From a virus (taxonomy: Duplodnaviria; Caudoviricetes): a stretch of 61,192 bases of DNA. The stretch spans positions 1 to 61,192 of IMG/VR virus record IMGVR_UViG_3300031669_000025; one strand, written 5' to 3'. Within the stretch, counting starts at the first letter, position 1; each line of letters opens with the position of its first letter. Shown here piece after piece: positions 17,657-27,275 of this stretch. The notes beneath the pieces were generated by a model that had not been told where the DNA came from, did no database searches, and saw only the letters and a list, made by a program, of their open reading frames with translations. The translations under genes were made by a program, and so were the position numbers.

Positions 17657-19275
17657 TGAGTAGTATAGCAATAGCAGGTAAAAGTGGGACTGGTAAAAGC
17701 ACTTCCTATGGACAATTTTTAGATTTAGGAATTAAGGGACTTATTCCTAAAGAAACAGTAATTATTAATGTTGCTGGAAAAGATTTACCATTTAGAGGTT
17801 GGAAAAAACTATATTCTGGTAAAATTACTGAAGGGGGTAATTATTTTGAATCTTCTGATAGTAGTCAAATAGCACAGGCAATTACTTTTATATCAAATAG
17901 TAGAACTGATGTAAAAAATATTGTAATTGATGATGCACAATATACAATGGCTTTTGAATTTATGCGTAGGGCTAAAGAATCTGGTTATGGTAAATTTGCT
18001 GATATCGGTGTGAATACTGGTAAAATTGTTGAAGCAGCAAGAAATACTAGGAAAGATTTAAAAGTATATTTTTTGTGGCACCCTGAACAAGATAGAGATA
18101 CAGGATTTAAGTTAAAGACTGTTGGTAAGATGGTAGCGTAAAATCCGCCATTATCTGCTTAATTGCTGGAATTTCCTAAAGACAATAAAACTACAAAATA
18201 ATCTGAAAAGATAAGTTTGAAAGTTTGAAAATTTATTGTATATTTAATGGACAATCAGCAGCCAAGCCTCTAAGGTCAATTAATTGATTATGAGGAAGGT
18301 TCACAGACTATCTCCTGTTGTGGGAGAGTACATTAAAAAGTAATTAACTTTAATGGAAAGAGCAGACATAAGAATAAAAGTTTATTGTTTAAAGCATCCT
18401 GACACATTAGAAATAAGATATGTTGGAATAACTTCTAAGAGTCTAAACAAAAGGTTGAGTAAACATTTGGATAATGCTAGGTATACAAAACATAATAAGC
18501 ATTTGTATAATTGGATAAATAGCATATTAAAAAATGATAAAAAACCTATTATAGAAATAATAGAAGAAGTGGATTATGATATTTGGCAAGAGAAAGAAAA
18601 ATATTATATATCTCATTATCCCAATTTATTAAATTCTACAGAAGGTGGCGAAGGTGTATTTGGGTTCAGACATTCAGAAGCATCTAAAAAGAAGATGGGC
18701 AGAAAAGGTGTGTATCCAACAAAAGAAACACTACTGAAAAGAAGTAAGGCTTTAAAGGGGCGCATTGTATCGGAGGAACACAGAAGAAAGATAGGAGAAG
18801 CCAATTCAGGTAAGATATATACTAAATATAAAATTTTAGTAAAAGATTTATTGAATGATACTTCTATTATTTACAGTAGTGTTAAAGAGATTCATTCATC
18901 TTTAAGCATTGGAGAGATGACAGTCAGGAGGAATTTAAGCAATAACAAAATTGTTAAATCAAGATTTATTTTTATGAAAATATAGTCGAGACTTAATAGA
19001 AATATTAAGAATAATGCTGGAAGAATAATTAACTTCCTATAAAAAGCATTATTGAAATTTGAGATGATTACCTCACATTAGAAGGATTATTTACCGTAAT
19101 TCTTTATACTAGAGTAACTAAAGGTGCTGATAATAAGATTAAGTATGAATTTGTAACCAATAATGATGGAGAATTTCCAGCAAAAAGTCCTATTGGTATG
19201 TTTAAGGATATCTATATTCAAAATGATTTAGGTCTTGTATCTGAAATCATTGATAAGTATAATGAAGATGAATAA
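17656..19275 (+). CDS. AAA_24/Sak4-like P-loop ATPase, spliced: exon 1 17656-18134 + exon 2 19062-19275 (230 aa)
   Basis: Walker A GKSGTGKST, Walker B IVIDD. Joining exons (479+214=693 nt) gives KTVGKMV-DDYLTLEGLFTVILY...AKSPIGMF...NDL, a continuous family-like sequence. Confidence 0.9.
18135..19061 (+). ncRNA. Group I self-splicing intron (927 nt)
   Basis: Exon ends in U and intron ends in G; P1 AUGGU/GCCAU with G-U at the splice site; P AATTGCTGGAA, Q AATCAGCAGCC, R GTTCACAGACTA, S AAATATAGTCG. Confidence 0.92.
18353..18985 (+). CDS. Intron-encoded GIY-YIG homing endonuclease with NUMOD3 repeats
   Basis: KVY...YVG...R...H, LLNSTEGGEG, HSEASKKKM and SEEHRRKIGEA; sits between the R and S elements. 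Confidence 0.9.
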   Translation: MERADIRIKVYCLKHPDTLEIRYVGITSKSLNKRLSKHLDNARYTKHNKHLYNWINSILKNDKKPIIEIIEEVDYDIWQEKEKYYISHYPNLLNSTEGGEGVFGFRHSEASKKKMGRKGVYPTKETLLKRSKALKGRIVSEEHRRKIGEANSGKIYTKYKILVKDLLNDTSIIYSSVKEIHSSLSIGEMTVRRNLSNNKIVKSRFIFMKI

Positions 19276-19297
19276 GTAACAAATAAATAATAAATAT

Positions 19298-19636
19298 ATG
19301 AATAACACAATTAAAGTAGGACTAACTCTTCTACATGCAATTTTTAAAGGAATTTTTGCAGTTCCACTAGCAGTAATTATGCTTTTTACAGTAACATTTA
19401 TTGGAGTAACAAATTTAATTAAGTTGCTTTATAGTGACTCAGAAGTTCCTATTAAGTTATCAATTGAGTTCTTAGGTGAAGTAAAAGAAGTAGTGGAAGA
19501 AGTAAAGAATGAAGAAGTAAAGATTGAAAAAGAAGTAGAAGAAGTAGTTGCTAAGGTTAGAAAACCTAGAGGCCCAAGGAAGCCTAAAGTAGTTGCTGAA
19601 GAAGTAGCTGCACCAATTCAAACACCAGTAGTATAA
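19298..19636 (+). CDS. Membrane-anchored protein with E/V/K-rich linker and basic tail
   Basis: Hydrophobic N-terminal segment; KVRKPRGPRKPK tail. Confidence 0.65.
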   Translation: MNNTIKVGLTLLHAIFKGIFAVPLAVIMLFTVTFIGVTNLIKLLYSDSEVPIKLSIEFLGEVKEVVEEVKNEEVKIEKEVEEVVAKVRKPRGPRKPKVVAEEVAAPIQTPVV

Positions 19637-19643
19637 GTAAATG

Positions 19644-19659
19644 TATATTTGTAAATTAA
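19644..19659 (+). promoter_or_regulatory. Bacteroidota-type -7 promoter element
   Basis: TATATTTG matches TAnnTTTG; 16-mer identical to 53207-53222 (-). No TTTG -33 box seen. Confidence 0.5.
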
Positions 19660-19686
19660 TTAATAACAATAATAAATTATAATTTT

Positions 19687-20280
19687 ATGGCTGAGAACTT
19701 ATTTGTAATTAACGAAGGAACATCAGAAGGAACATCCAAGAACATTAATGTTAGGGAAGAAGTTGATTTTATTCAACAAGGTAAGTTGACTAAGTATGAA
19801 CTAAGTGAAGATAATAGGTATATTCAAATTGAATTTACTAACACTAGAGGACAAGTTTCTAACAGAAGAATGTATCTCCCAAAAGATGCTTCTGAGTATC
19901 AAAGTGATGATAAATATAAGAAAGCAATTAGTATTTTTATGGGAAATATGGCTAATGTTTCTCGTAAGTATATGGGAGATACCTATACTACTCAAGGTAA
20001 TACTGCATTGGAAATTGCAATCAAGGTTATTAAGGATATTACACCAAAGTTATCAACTGTAGTTCTATTCTGTTTAATGGAACTTAATGAAACAGATAAG
20101 GGTATCTTTACTAATGTTGGTTCATTTAGTCCATTCAGTATGACAGGTAGTGACTTGGTAGTTTCTAAGAAGCAGAAGGATTTGCTTCAGAAGAAACTTG
20201 CTTATAAACCAGATACTGATACTATGCCTACTATTCCAGGTAATGGGCCTATTGCTAATGATAGTGGATTACCTTTCTAA
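19687..20280 (+). CDS. Putative single-stranded DNA-binding protein
   Basis: OB-like beta region, flexible tail ending DSGLPF, position between AAA ATPase and primase. Confidence 0.65.
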   Translation: MAENLFVINEGTSEGTSKNINVREEVDFIQQGKLTKYELSEDNRYIQIEFTNTRGQVSNRRMYLPKDASEYQSDDKYKKAISIFMGNMANVSRKYMGDTYTTQGNTALEIAIKVIKDITPKLSTVVLFCLMELNETDKGIFTNVGSFSPFSMTGSDLVVSKKQKDLLQKKLAYKPDTDTMPTIPGNGPIANDSGLPF

Positions 20281-20306
20281 TTATTAAGTAGTTAGAGTTT
20301 AATTTT

Positions 20307-20346
20307 ATTCCCTCACTATTAATTTAGTGGGGGAATTTTATATTTT
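20307..20346 (+). terminator. Intrinsic terminator
   Basis: ATTCCCTCACTA-ttaatt-TAGTGGGGGAAT followed by T-rich run. Confidence 0.7.
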
Positions 20347-20350
20347 ATAC

Positions 20351-21334
20351 ATGCTAGGATTTGGAGAAGAATTAACAATAGAAAATATATATAAGAAAAT
20401 AAGTAGTTATGATTTATTTAAAGCCTACTGTTCACCTTTCAAAAAAGTAGGTATAAATTTTATTTCTGAATTAAGAACAGATTCTAATCCATCTTGTGTA
20501 GTTAATTTATATAATGGAGACTTATTATATAAAGATTTTGGTGATCTATGCACCTATAGAGCAATAGATTATATTAAGGAAAAATATAAACTATCTTTCT
20601 TTGAAGTATTAGATAAGATTAATACTGATTTTGCTTTAGGATTAGGAATATTACAATCCAATACTAAAAATTATAAATCTGTTTATGCAATAAATAAGGA
20701 TATACAGCATAAAGAAAAACAGATAAATACAATACAAAAAAGAGCTAGAAAATTTACAAGTAAAGATTTAGATTACTGGAAACAATTTGGTATTCACATA
20801 GATACATTAAATAAATTTAATGTTGAAGCAATAGATGCATTTTGGATTAATGATGTAATATATTTTGCAGCAGAATATTCTTATGTTTATAATTTTTATT
20901 GGGAAAATAGTGTGTTTAGAAGAAAAATATATCAACCTTTTGACTCCTTTAAATGGGCTTCCAATGGAGGAAAAATATGTCAAGGTGAAAATATGTTACC
21001 CTATTCTGGAGAATTACTTATTATTAGTAAATCATTAAAAGATGTAATGTCTCTGTGGGAATTAGGTTATACTTCAGTGGCACCACCTTCTGAATCTACT
21101 TTTTTACCTATAGAATATTTTAATAAGCAAAAAGATAGATTTAAAAAGATAGTATTATTTTTTGATAACGATATTTCTGGGATAAAAATGAATAAGAAAT
21201 TTTCTGAACAATTAGGAATTCCTTATATTATTTCTCCAGAATTAAAAGCTAAGGATATAAGTGATTATATTAAAATGTTTGGATTAAATAAAGCTAAAGA
21301 ATTACTTAAAACTTTATTATATGAAGTGGTTTAA
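20351..21334 (+). CDS. dnaG: DNA primase (TOPRIM)
   Basis: N-terminal SELRTDSNPSC...YKDFG; SKSLKDVM; FDNDISG; KDISDY. Confidence 0.88.
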   Translation: MLGFGEELTIENIYKKISSYDLFKAYCSPFKKVGINFISELRTDSNPSCVVNLYNGDLLYKDFGDLCTYRAIDYIKEKYKLSFFEVLDKINTDFALGLGILQSNTKNYKSVYAINKDIQHKEKQINTIQKRARKFTSKDLDYWKQFGIHIDTLNKFNVEAIDAFWINDVIYFAAEYSYVYNFYWENSVFRRKIYQPFDSFKWASNGGKICQGENMLPYSGELLIISKSLKDVMSLWELGYTSVAPPSESTFLPIEYFNKQKDRFKKIVLFFDNDISGIKMNKKFSEQLGIPYIISPELKAKDISDYIKMFGLNKAKELLKTLLYEVV

Positions 21335-21578
21335 ATCTAAAAAATCTTTAAAAAATACTAATACATCTATTGATATAAGTATAGGACAAAAATGGAAGGA
21401 TAAAATATGGGGTGAAGATGTCATAGAAATAGTTGCTATTAGTTTAGAAAAAACTCGAATAAGATACAAGTGGAAAATAATGGTATTAGGTGGTGAAGTT
21501 GTTCACTGTACTTCAGATACAACACATATTTATGAAATGCCAACAAGTCAGTTACATGATGAATATATTTTAATTTAA
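21321..21578 (+). CDS. Hypothetical protein
   Basis: ORF in gene run. Confidence 0.6.
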   Translation: MKWFKSKKSLKNTNTSIDISIGQKWKDKIWGEDVIEIVAISLEKTRIRYKWKIMVLGGEVVHCTSDTTHIYEMPTSQLHDEYILI

Positions 21579-21759
21579 AACTTTACTATATGGATTATAA
21601 AGCAATTTATCAGCAGGCTTTAAACAAAAGAAGTTTAAGGCAAATAGAACAGTCTTTAACTATTAGGTCTAGGATTGATAAGTTTAACCAACAAACAGAA
21701 AGACTTGAGAATAAAAAGACTAAAACCTTTGTTCAGAATATTCTTACTAAGTTAAATTA

Positions 21760-22200
21760 ATGGAAACTAGTATTTTTATACCAGGACAAATTCCATCACT
21801 TAAAAATTCTAAGATTAAAACTTCTAAAGGTATATTTCCATCAAAAACAGTTATGAATTGGTTAAGAACCTTTGGAATACAATCTTATAGTGCTCACAGA
21901 AAAGAAGTTAAGTTTTTTAAGACTATAAAAGGAAAATATGATTTTAAAGAAATATGTTCTCCTTTATTTGAACAAGAATTAGAATACCCTATTAAGTTGG
22001 GATTTCATTTTATAAGAAAGACAAAGGGGGGATGGGATTTCAACAATGCAAATCATATCATAACAGACCTATTTACAGCATTTAATTTTATCCCTGATGA
22101 TAATGTATTTTATATATTACCTTTCCCAATGGAAATGAATGGTAATTACTGGAGTTATGATAAAGAAACTCCAGGAGTATTTATAACAGTAATTAATTAA
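21760..22200 (+). CDS. RusA-like Holliday junction resolvase
   Basis: IPSLKNSK, DFNN...ITD...IPDDN acidic motifs, C-terminal PGV strand. Confidence 0.75.
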   Translation: METSIFIPGQIPSLKNSKIKTSKGIFPSKTVMNWLRTFGIQSYSAHRKEVKFFKTIKGKYDFKEICSPLFEQELEYPIKLGFHFIRKTKGGWDFNNANHIITDLFTAFNFIPDDNVFYILPFPMEMNGNYWSYDKETPGVFITVIN

Positions 22201-22223
22201 TGTTTAACAAATAAATTTTTATT

Positions 22224-22769
22224 ATGACAACAAGAACAATTAAGTTGAAGAGTTTAACTCAAAGCACACTGATTCCAATTGTAACAGATGTTAGAACTTT
22301 TGGTGAATTTAAAAATCTACCTGAAGTAAGGGGTATGGAAGTTAATTGGAATGAAACAAAGTTGATTGATAGGGCAAGTAAGTCTTCTTTTGATGTAGAT
22401 GAGGCAGTATTACCAGCTATTGATAGTATTATGTTTATTACTCCTACTAAGACTAAGAGTGGTAGTTATTATACAGAATTAAAGGCAAAGATTAAAGAAT
22501 ATCTAGATAATGGTGGTTATGTTCCTTTTAACTATACTCATGCTACTACTCAAATTATGCAAGATTTTGTGGCAAGTATTGAAAATATGGATGTAGTTAG
22601 TTCTAAACCTTCTAGTAAGAAGACTTATCGTGAAGTAATTCAACGAGTTATTATTCTTGAAGAGGAAGAAATTGATTCTACTCTTGAAGAGCCTACTAAT
22701 TTAGCAGACTATACTACTGAAGAAGAACTTCAAGATGAAGCAGAAATGCTTCGAGAAAGGTTTAATTAA
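22224..22769 (+). CDS. Putative ubiquitin-like (beta-grasp) precursor with C-terminal extension
   Basis: About 80-aa domain with strand-strand-helix (TFGEFK) pattern ending FITPTKTKSG (G80); directly upstream of E2/JAB/E1-like genes. Confidence 0.65.
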   Translation: MTTRTIKLKSLTQSTLIPIVTDVRTFGEFKNLPEVRGMEVNWNETKLIDRASKSSFDVDEAVLPAIDSIMFITPTKTKSGSYYTELKAKIKEYLDNGGYVPFNYTHATTQIMQDFVASIENMDVVSSKPSSKKTYREVIQRVIILEEEEIDSTLEEPTNLADYTTEEELQDEAEMLRERFN

Positions 22770-22778
22770 TAACAATAT

Positions 22779-22829
22779 TAGTAAAGAAATAAGGAATAGT
22801 AAATAGTTCTTTATTTCTTTACTATTTTT
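22779..22829 (+). terminator. Long AT-rich hairpin with T-tract between Ubl and E2-like genes
   Basis: TAGTAAAGAAATAAGGAA...TTCTTTATTTCTTTACTA then TTTTT. Confidence 0.7.
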
Positions 22830-22857
22830 ATTAACTTATTTTTAATAGGTATTAACT

Positions 22858-24102
22858 ATGGTTATTCTTCCAGAAGAATTAGTAAAGTTGGATGATGAAA
22901 AACTAAAAAAGGAATTAAGTAAAAGTAATTCAGAATATCAACGTATTTATCAAATAACAGAGGGTAAAATTTATAAAAGAGTAACTAATATTGTAGATAG
23001 AAAAGCCATCTATAAAAATATAAGTAGTAATTATACTACAAGTGCTCTTATAAATTCTTTTGAAACTCCTCTAACTTATAGTAAGTTTAAAGAAATTCAA
23101 TATCAAAATAAAATAGAAAGAATTAGAAAAGTTTCTATACCTCAATTTGCAAAGATTTTAAATATAGCAGCAAATACTGTAATAGATAAAGATAATTTTG
23201 AAATATCTATAGATAACTCTTCTGAATCTATCACTATGATAATTAGATTTCCAGATTATGAAATTACTAATGGAATATTTAATCATAGAATTAGGGATTT
23301 ATTTGTAAAGTTAGATTTTTTCAGAGAGATAAATTTAATATGCTTAAATAGTATTAAGATATTAAGAACTACCTATACTGAAAAAGAAATAGTAGGTGAT
23401 TATATGTTTTCCCATTGTTCTGATAGTCCTGAGTTTACTTGGGTATCGGGACTATGTTTAGGACATACTAATTTTAGTAAAATAGTTCAAAATTTCAAAT
23501 CTTATCATTCTAGTGGAGAAATCTCAACTTTAACTTCTTTTTTACTACAACTTGTTGAATATTTTAAGTGGGAAAGTTTAGATGGAGTTCCTTATAAAAA
23601 AATAGAAGGCTTAAATAAGAATATAAATAATTTATCTTTTGTAGACGTATATGTTAATAGATATGTAGATACTGAAACAATACTTGAAGCTATATTTAAG
23701 AATACTAAGTTAATTGATAGTTTAAGATATACATTTTTACCTAATTCAAACTTAAAAACAAAAAATTATTTTGAAGTAAGATTAAATCAAGATAGTATTG
23801 ATAATATAGATGATTTATTAACATCTTTATACCCTGAGTATAAATATATTAGAATTGATGGAGAATCTTATATAGATAATAATTTACAATCATTATCTTC
23901 CTATGAAAGTAGAATTGGAGAAAAAATGTTAACTTTTAAAAATAAAGATTATTTCTTCAACATAATTAAGGAAGAAAATATTTCAGATAGTTATATTTAT
24001 AAGATTGATGCAAATATACTTGATAGAGTAGTAAATTCTTTAGAAAAATTAATAACAAAAAGTGTTTTACAAAATAAATTAATGGAGGAATATAATGGTT
24101 AA
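22858..24102 (+). CDS. Putative prokaryotic E2-like conjugating enzyme
   Basis: YMFSH(186)...GLC(200)LG resembles the E2 HxN...xCLG active site; operon context. Confidence 0.6.
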   Translation: MVILPEELVKLDDEKLKKELSKSNSEYQRIYQITEGKIYKRVTNIVDRKAIYKNISSNYTTSALINSFETPLTYSKFKEIQYQNKIERIRKVSIPQFAKILNIAANTVIDKDNFEISIDNSSESITMIIRFPDYEITNGIFNHRIRDLFVKLDFFREINLICLNSIKILRTTYTEKEIVGDYMFSHCSDSPEFTWVSGLCLGHTNFSKIVQNFKSYHSSGEISTLTSFLLQLVEYFKWESLDGVPYKKIEGLNKNINNLSFVDVYVNRYVDTETILEAIFKNTKLIDSLRYTFLPNSNLKTKNYFEVRLNQDSIDNIDDLLTSLYPEYKYIRIDGESYIDNNLQSLSSYESRIGEKMLTFKNKDYFFNIIKEENISDSYIYKIDANILDRVVNSLEKLITKSVLQNKLMEEYNG

Positions 24103-25168
24103 TACAATTGGAAATATTGGTAAAATAATTGTTACAAAAAGATTACAAAAATATATTGATTATTTACATTATAAAGTAGGAGCAACTGAATGGTCAGGAG
24201 TTTTATTTTATAAACTTACTAGTGGAAACATTAAGGAAATGAAGGATTTAGTATTTACAGCAGATTTTTTATATCCAATGGATATTGGTAGTGCTACCTA
24301 TACTGAATTTGATTTTAGTGGAGAAGTAGTAAATGCTTATGATATTAATCCAGATTTGATGGAAAGTGCTATGGGGCAAATACATACACATCATTCTATG
24401 GCTACCTTCTTTAGTTCTACAGATCAAGAAGAGTTAGAAAGTAATTGTAAGAATTATAATTTCTATGTTTCTTTAATAGTAAACTTTGCTCATGCTTATA
24501 GTGCTAAAATTGCTTTTCCAAGTAAAACTACAGTAACTAAAGTTGCTACTATTAAAGGAACTAATGGAGAATTTATTACTGTTGAGATACCTTCTTCTGA
24601 AGAAAATATTCTTATTGGAGATTTAGAACCAGTTATTGAGGGAGAAGAAAATGTAGATTCTTGGTTAGATGCTGTAATAGTAAAATTACAAGAAAAGAAG
24701 AAGGAAAAAGAAGCATTTAAACCTATCACTAACTATAATAAGTATCCTTCTACTTCATTTGGATATGGAAGAGCCTATACTGATTTAGATGATTATGATA
24801 CACCTATTAATTCATATAGTAGCTCTAACTATACCAAAAAGGGTGTAACATTACCATCATCTAAAGTAAAAAAAGAGAATTTAACATTGCAATTTTTAAC
24901 AGCTCTTACTTACTTAGATTCAAAAAAGAAAGATGAAAATATCTATCTTGAGTTTAGTGAATTAGCGCAATTAACTGATGATGAATTAATACAATTTTCT
25001 GGACAGTTAGAGGAAAATATAGAAATTATTCATGTTGATATTTATGATTCTTTAACTAATATGGCTGACCATTGTTTAGAAGCTATTCTAGAACTTAGAG
25101 ATTACCAAAATTATTTGCAATTTGAATTTTATGAAATACTTAGAGATAACTTATTAATATATGCTTAG
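24095..25168 (+). CDS. JAB/MPN+ (JAMM) metalloprotease
   Basis: EWSG plus exact HxH-x7-S-x2-D (HTHHSMATFFSSTD). Confidence 0.9.
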   Translation: MVNTIGNIGKIIVTKRLQKYIDYLHYKVGATEWSGVLFYKLTSGNIKEMKDLVFTADFLYPMDIGSATYTEFDFSGEVVNAYDINPDLMESAMGQIHTHHSMATFFSSTDQEELESNCKNYNFYVSLIVNFAHAYSAKIAFPSKTTVTKVATIKGTNGEFITVEIPSSEENILIGDLEPVIEGEENVDSWLDAVIVKLQEKKKEKEAFKPITNYNKYPSTSFGYGRAYTDLDDYDTPINSYSSSNYTKKGVTLPSSKVKKENLTLQFLTALTYLDSKKKDENIYLEFSELAQLTDDELIQFSGQLEENIEIIHVDIYDSLTNMADHCLEAILELRDYQNYLQFEFYEILRDNLLIYA

Positions 25169-25832
25169 TATAAATGATAGATTTAAGGATGCACCCTGGT
25201 ATAAAGGGTGCATAGATGAAGATATAACTGTAGTTGGTGTTGGTGGAATAGGTAGTAATGCACTATATTATTTAACTAAAACTATTCCTGCTAACTATAG
25301 TATATTAGACCCAGATATAGTTGAGGAATATAATATTGGTAGCCAATTTTTTAATATGAAAGATATTAAAAAGTATAAAGTATCTGCCATATATGAAATG
25401 ATATCAGGTTACTTTACAAATAGGAATAAACTACATATTTATAACTCTAAATTTAAGAGAGAATTTTATTCCCCAATTATGATTTCTGCACTAGATAATA
25501 TGAAAACTAGAAAAGAAATTTATGATGTGTGGAAGACAGATAAGAATAGAGAAATACTTATAGATGGCAGATTACGGGCTAATATGTATGAAGTATTTGT
25601 AGTAACTAAAGGTAAGGAAGAAGAGTATGAAAAAACTCTTTTTGATGATTCAGAAGTAGATGGGGGGCCATGCACATTTAAACAAACTGCTTATTTTGGT
25701 GGATTAATTGGAGCAAGAATTACCCATGTATTAGTTAATTATTTAACTAATAAGTATTCTGAAGAACCTGTTGCTACATTGCCTTTTAAAATTACAGAAG
25801 TAGGTGAACCTTTTTATATTGAAATTTTATGA
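25161..25832 (+). CDS. ThiF/E1-family adenylyltransferase
   Basis: VVGVGGIGS, DPDIVEEYNIGSQ, K, LDNMKTR, IDGR, putative catalytic PCT. Confidence 0.93.
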   Translation: MLSINDRFKDAPWYKGCIDEDITVVGVGGIGSNALYYLTKTIPANYSILDPDIVEEYNIGSQFFNMKDIKKYKVSAIYEMISGYFTNRNKLHIYNSKFKREFYSPIMISALDNMKTRKEIYDVWKTDKNREILIDGRLRANMYEVFVVTKGKEEEYEKTLFDDSEVDGGPCTFKQTAYFGGLIGARITHVLVNYLTNKYSEEPVATLPFKITEVGEPFYIEIL

Positions 25833-26332
25833 TACTATCAAGAACAGATGAATATATTCCTATTATTTTCAATGGAAATAATAAAAAATATATTGATGTA
25901 AATGCAGAAAATTATAAAATAAATAGATCATTAAGTAAAGATAATCATTTTAAATTATCTATTGTTAACATTGATAGTGGACCTCAATACTATTTTATTC
26001 CTAGATTAATAAATTATATTGAATTTTATGGTGGTATTATATATCAAGATATTTTAATATGTTTAGTTGTAGTGGATAAAGATAATACTCCTTGGTTATT
26101 AATAGATAATAATATAACTCATTTACCAGCATCTATACTAATAAGATTAAAACAATCGGCAATTTTATTTGGAGTTAAAAGAAAAAATATAATAATACTG
26201 GAAAAAGAAGGTGAGTTACATCAAATATTTGCTTCAGGTATTGAACTTAGTCCTTTAGATTATAAAGAAAAAACTCAACAGGAATATAATAGATTAGTTA
26301 TTGAGAAATATAAGAAAGATCAAGAAGTATAA
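25829..26332 (+). CDS. Hypothetical protein coupled to the E1 gene
   Basis: ATGA overlap with E1. Confidence 0.65.
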   Translation: MILSRTDEYIPIIFNGNNKKYIDVNAENYKINRSLSKDNHFKLSIVNIDSGPQYYFIPRLINYIEFYGGIIYQDILICLVVVDKDNTPWLLIDNNITHLPASILIRLKQSAILFGVKRKNIIILEKEGELHQIFASGIELSPLDYKEKTQQEYNRLVIEKYKKDQEV

Positions 26333-26349
26333 ATGATAAACCTTTTTAA

Positions 26350-27264
26350 ATGAATACAAAACTAGCAATTATTGATGGGGATGCTTTAACATATACAAGT
26401 TCTAAAGAAACAATAGAGGAATCTATTGTTATTATGAATGAAAAAATTAACAATATATTTGTTAAAACTGAAGCAACTCACTATGTAATATTTTTATCAA
26501 ATACACCTTATTTTAGACATAAAATAGACCCTTTATATAAGAATGCAAGAACTAAGTCACCTTCTACTTTAAAGTGGCTTAAAACTCTTAAAAAGTATCT
26601 TATTGAAGCCTGGAATGCTCAGAGTATGTATTTAGTTGAAGCAGATGATTTATGTACATATTGGATAAATAAGGATATATGTATTACTGATGATAATACT
26701 ACTTTTGAAACTAGAGGAACTTTAGAATCAGCATTATATTTATGTAAAAGTGAATCTTTGCCTAAATTTTCTTTTACTTCTATAGATAAAGTATTATGTG
26801 CTGTTGATAAGGATTTACTAAAGAATATACCTGGAAAACATTTTAATTATTACTATAAGTTAGAAGATAAAACTGATGTAAATAGTTTAATTAAAGGTTG
26901 GTGGGTTGAGACTACAACTAAAGAGGCTCATACAAACTTCTGGAAATCAATGATTACTGGAGATGTTTCTGATGGTATAAAAGGATTAGAGGGGAAAGGA
27001 GAAAAATTCTTTGAAAAATTAATTGTTCCAATTAAATTAAGTGATAATTCTATACTTCAACAACCTTATTATCAACTAATTTTGGCTTCTTATCTAGAAC
27101 AATATGGATTTGCTCAGGGAATATTTAATTTTCAAAAGAACTATAGACTTCTTCATATGTTAGATTGTGATGAAGATTTTATGAGAGAAGTAGGTGGTGA
27201 ATTACCTAGTTTCCCAATAATTACTCCAGTAACTACTTTAGAAGAAGTTAAACTTACTTTTTAA
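26350..27264 (+). CDS. 5'-3' exonuclease (T7 gp6/T5 FEN-like)
   Basis: IDGD, YKNAR, EADD, DKDL, GDVSDGIKGLEGKG. Confidence 0.92.
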   Translation: MNTKLAIIDGDALTYTSSKETIEESIVIMNEKINNIFVKTEATHYVIFLSNTPYFRHKIDPLYKNARTKSPSTLKWLKTLKKYLIEAWNAQSMYLVEADDLCTYWINKDICITDDNTTFETRGTLESALYLCKSESLPKFSFTSIDKVLCAVDKDLLKNIPGKHFNYYYKLEDKTDVNSLIKGWWVETTTKEAHTNFWKSMITGDVSDGIKGLEGKGEKFFEKLIVPIKLSDNSILQQPYYQLILASYLEQYGFAQGIFNFQKNYRLLHMLDCDEDFMREVGGELPSFPIITPVTTLEEVKLTF

Positions 27265-27275
27265 TAGTATTAATT

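Noticed and set aside
17656-18141. Truncated ATPase pseudogene
   Set aside because: Explained by the group I intron; exon 2 restores the frame.
25161-25832. ThiF as a thiamine/molybdopterin biosynthesis gene
   Set aside because: No ThiS/MoaD with free C-terminal GG and no other pathway genes; the neighbours are JAB and E2-like.
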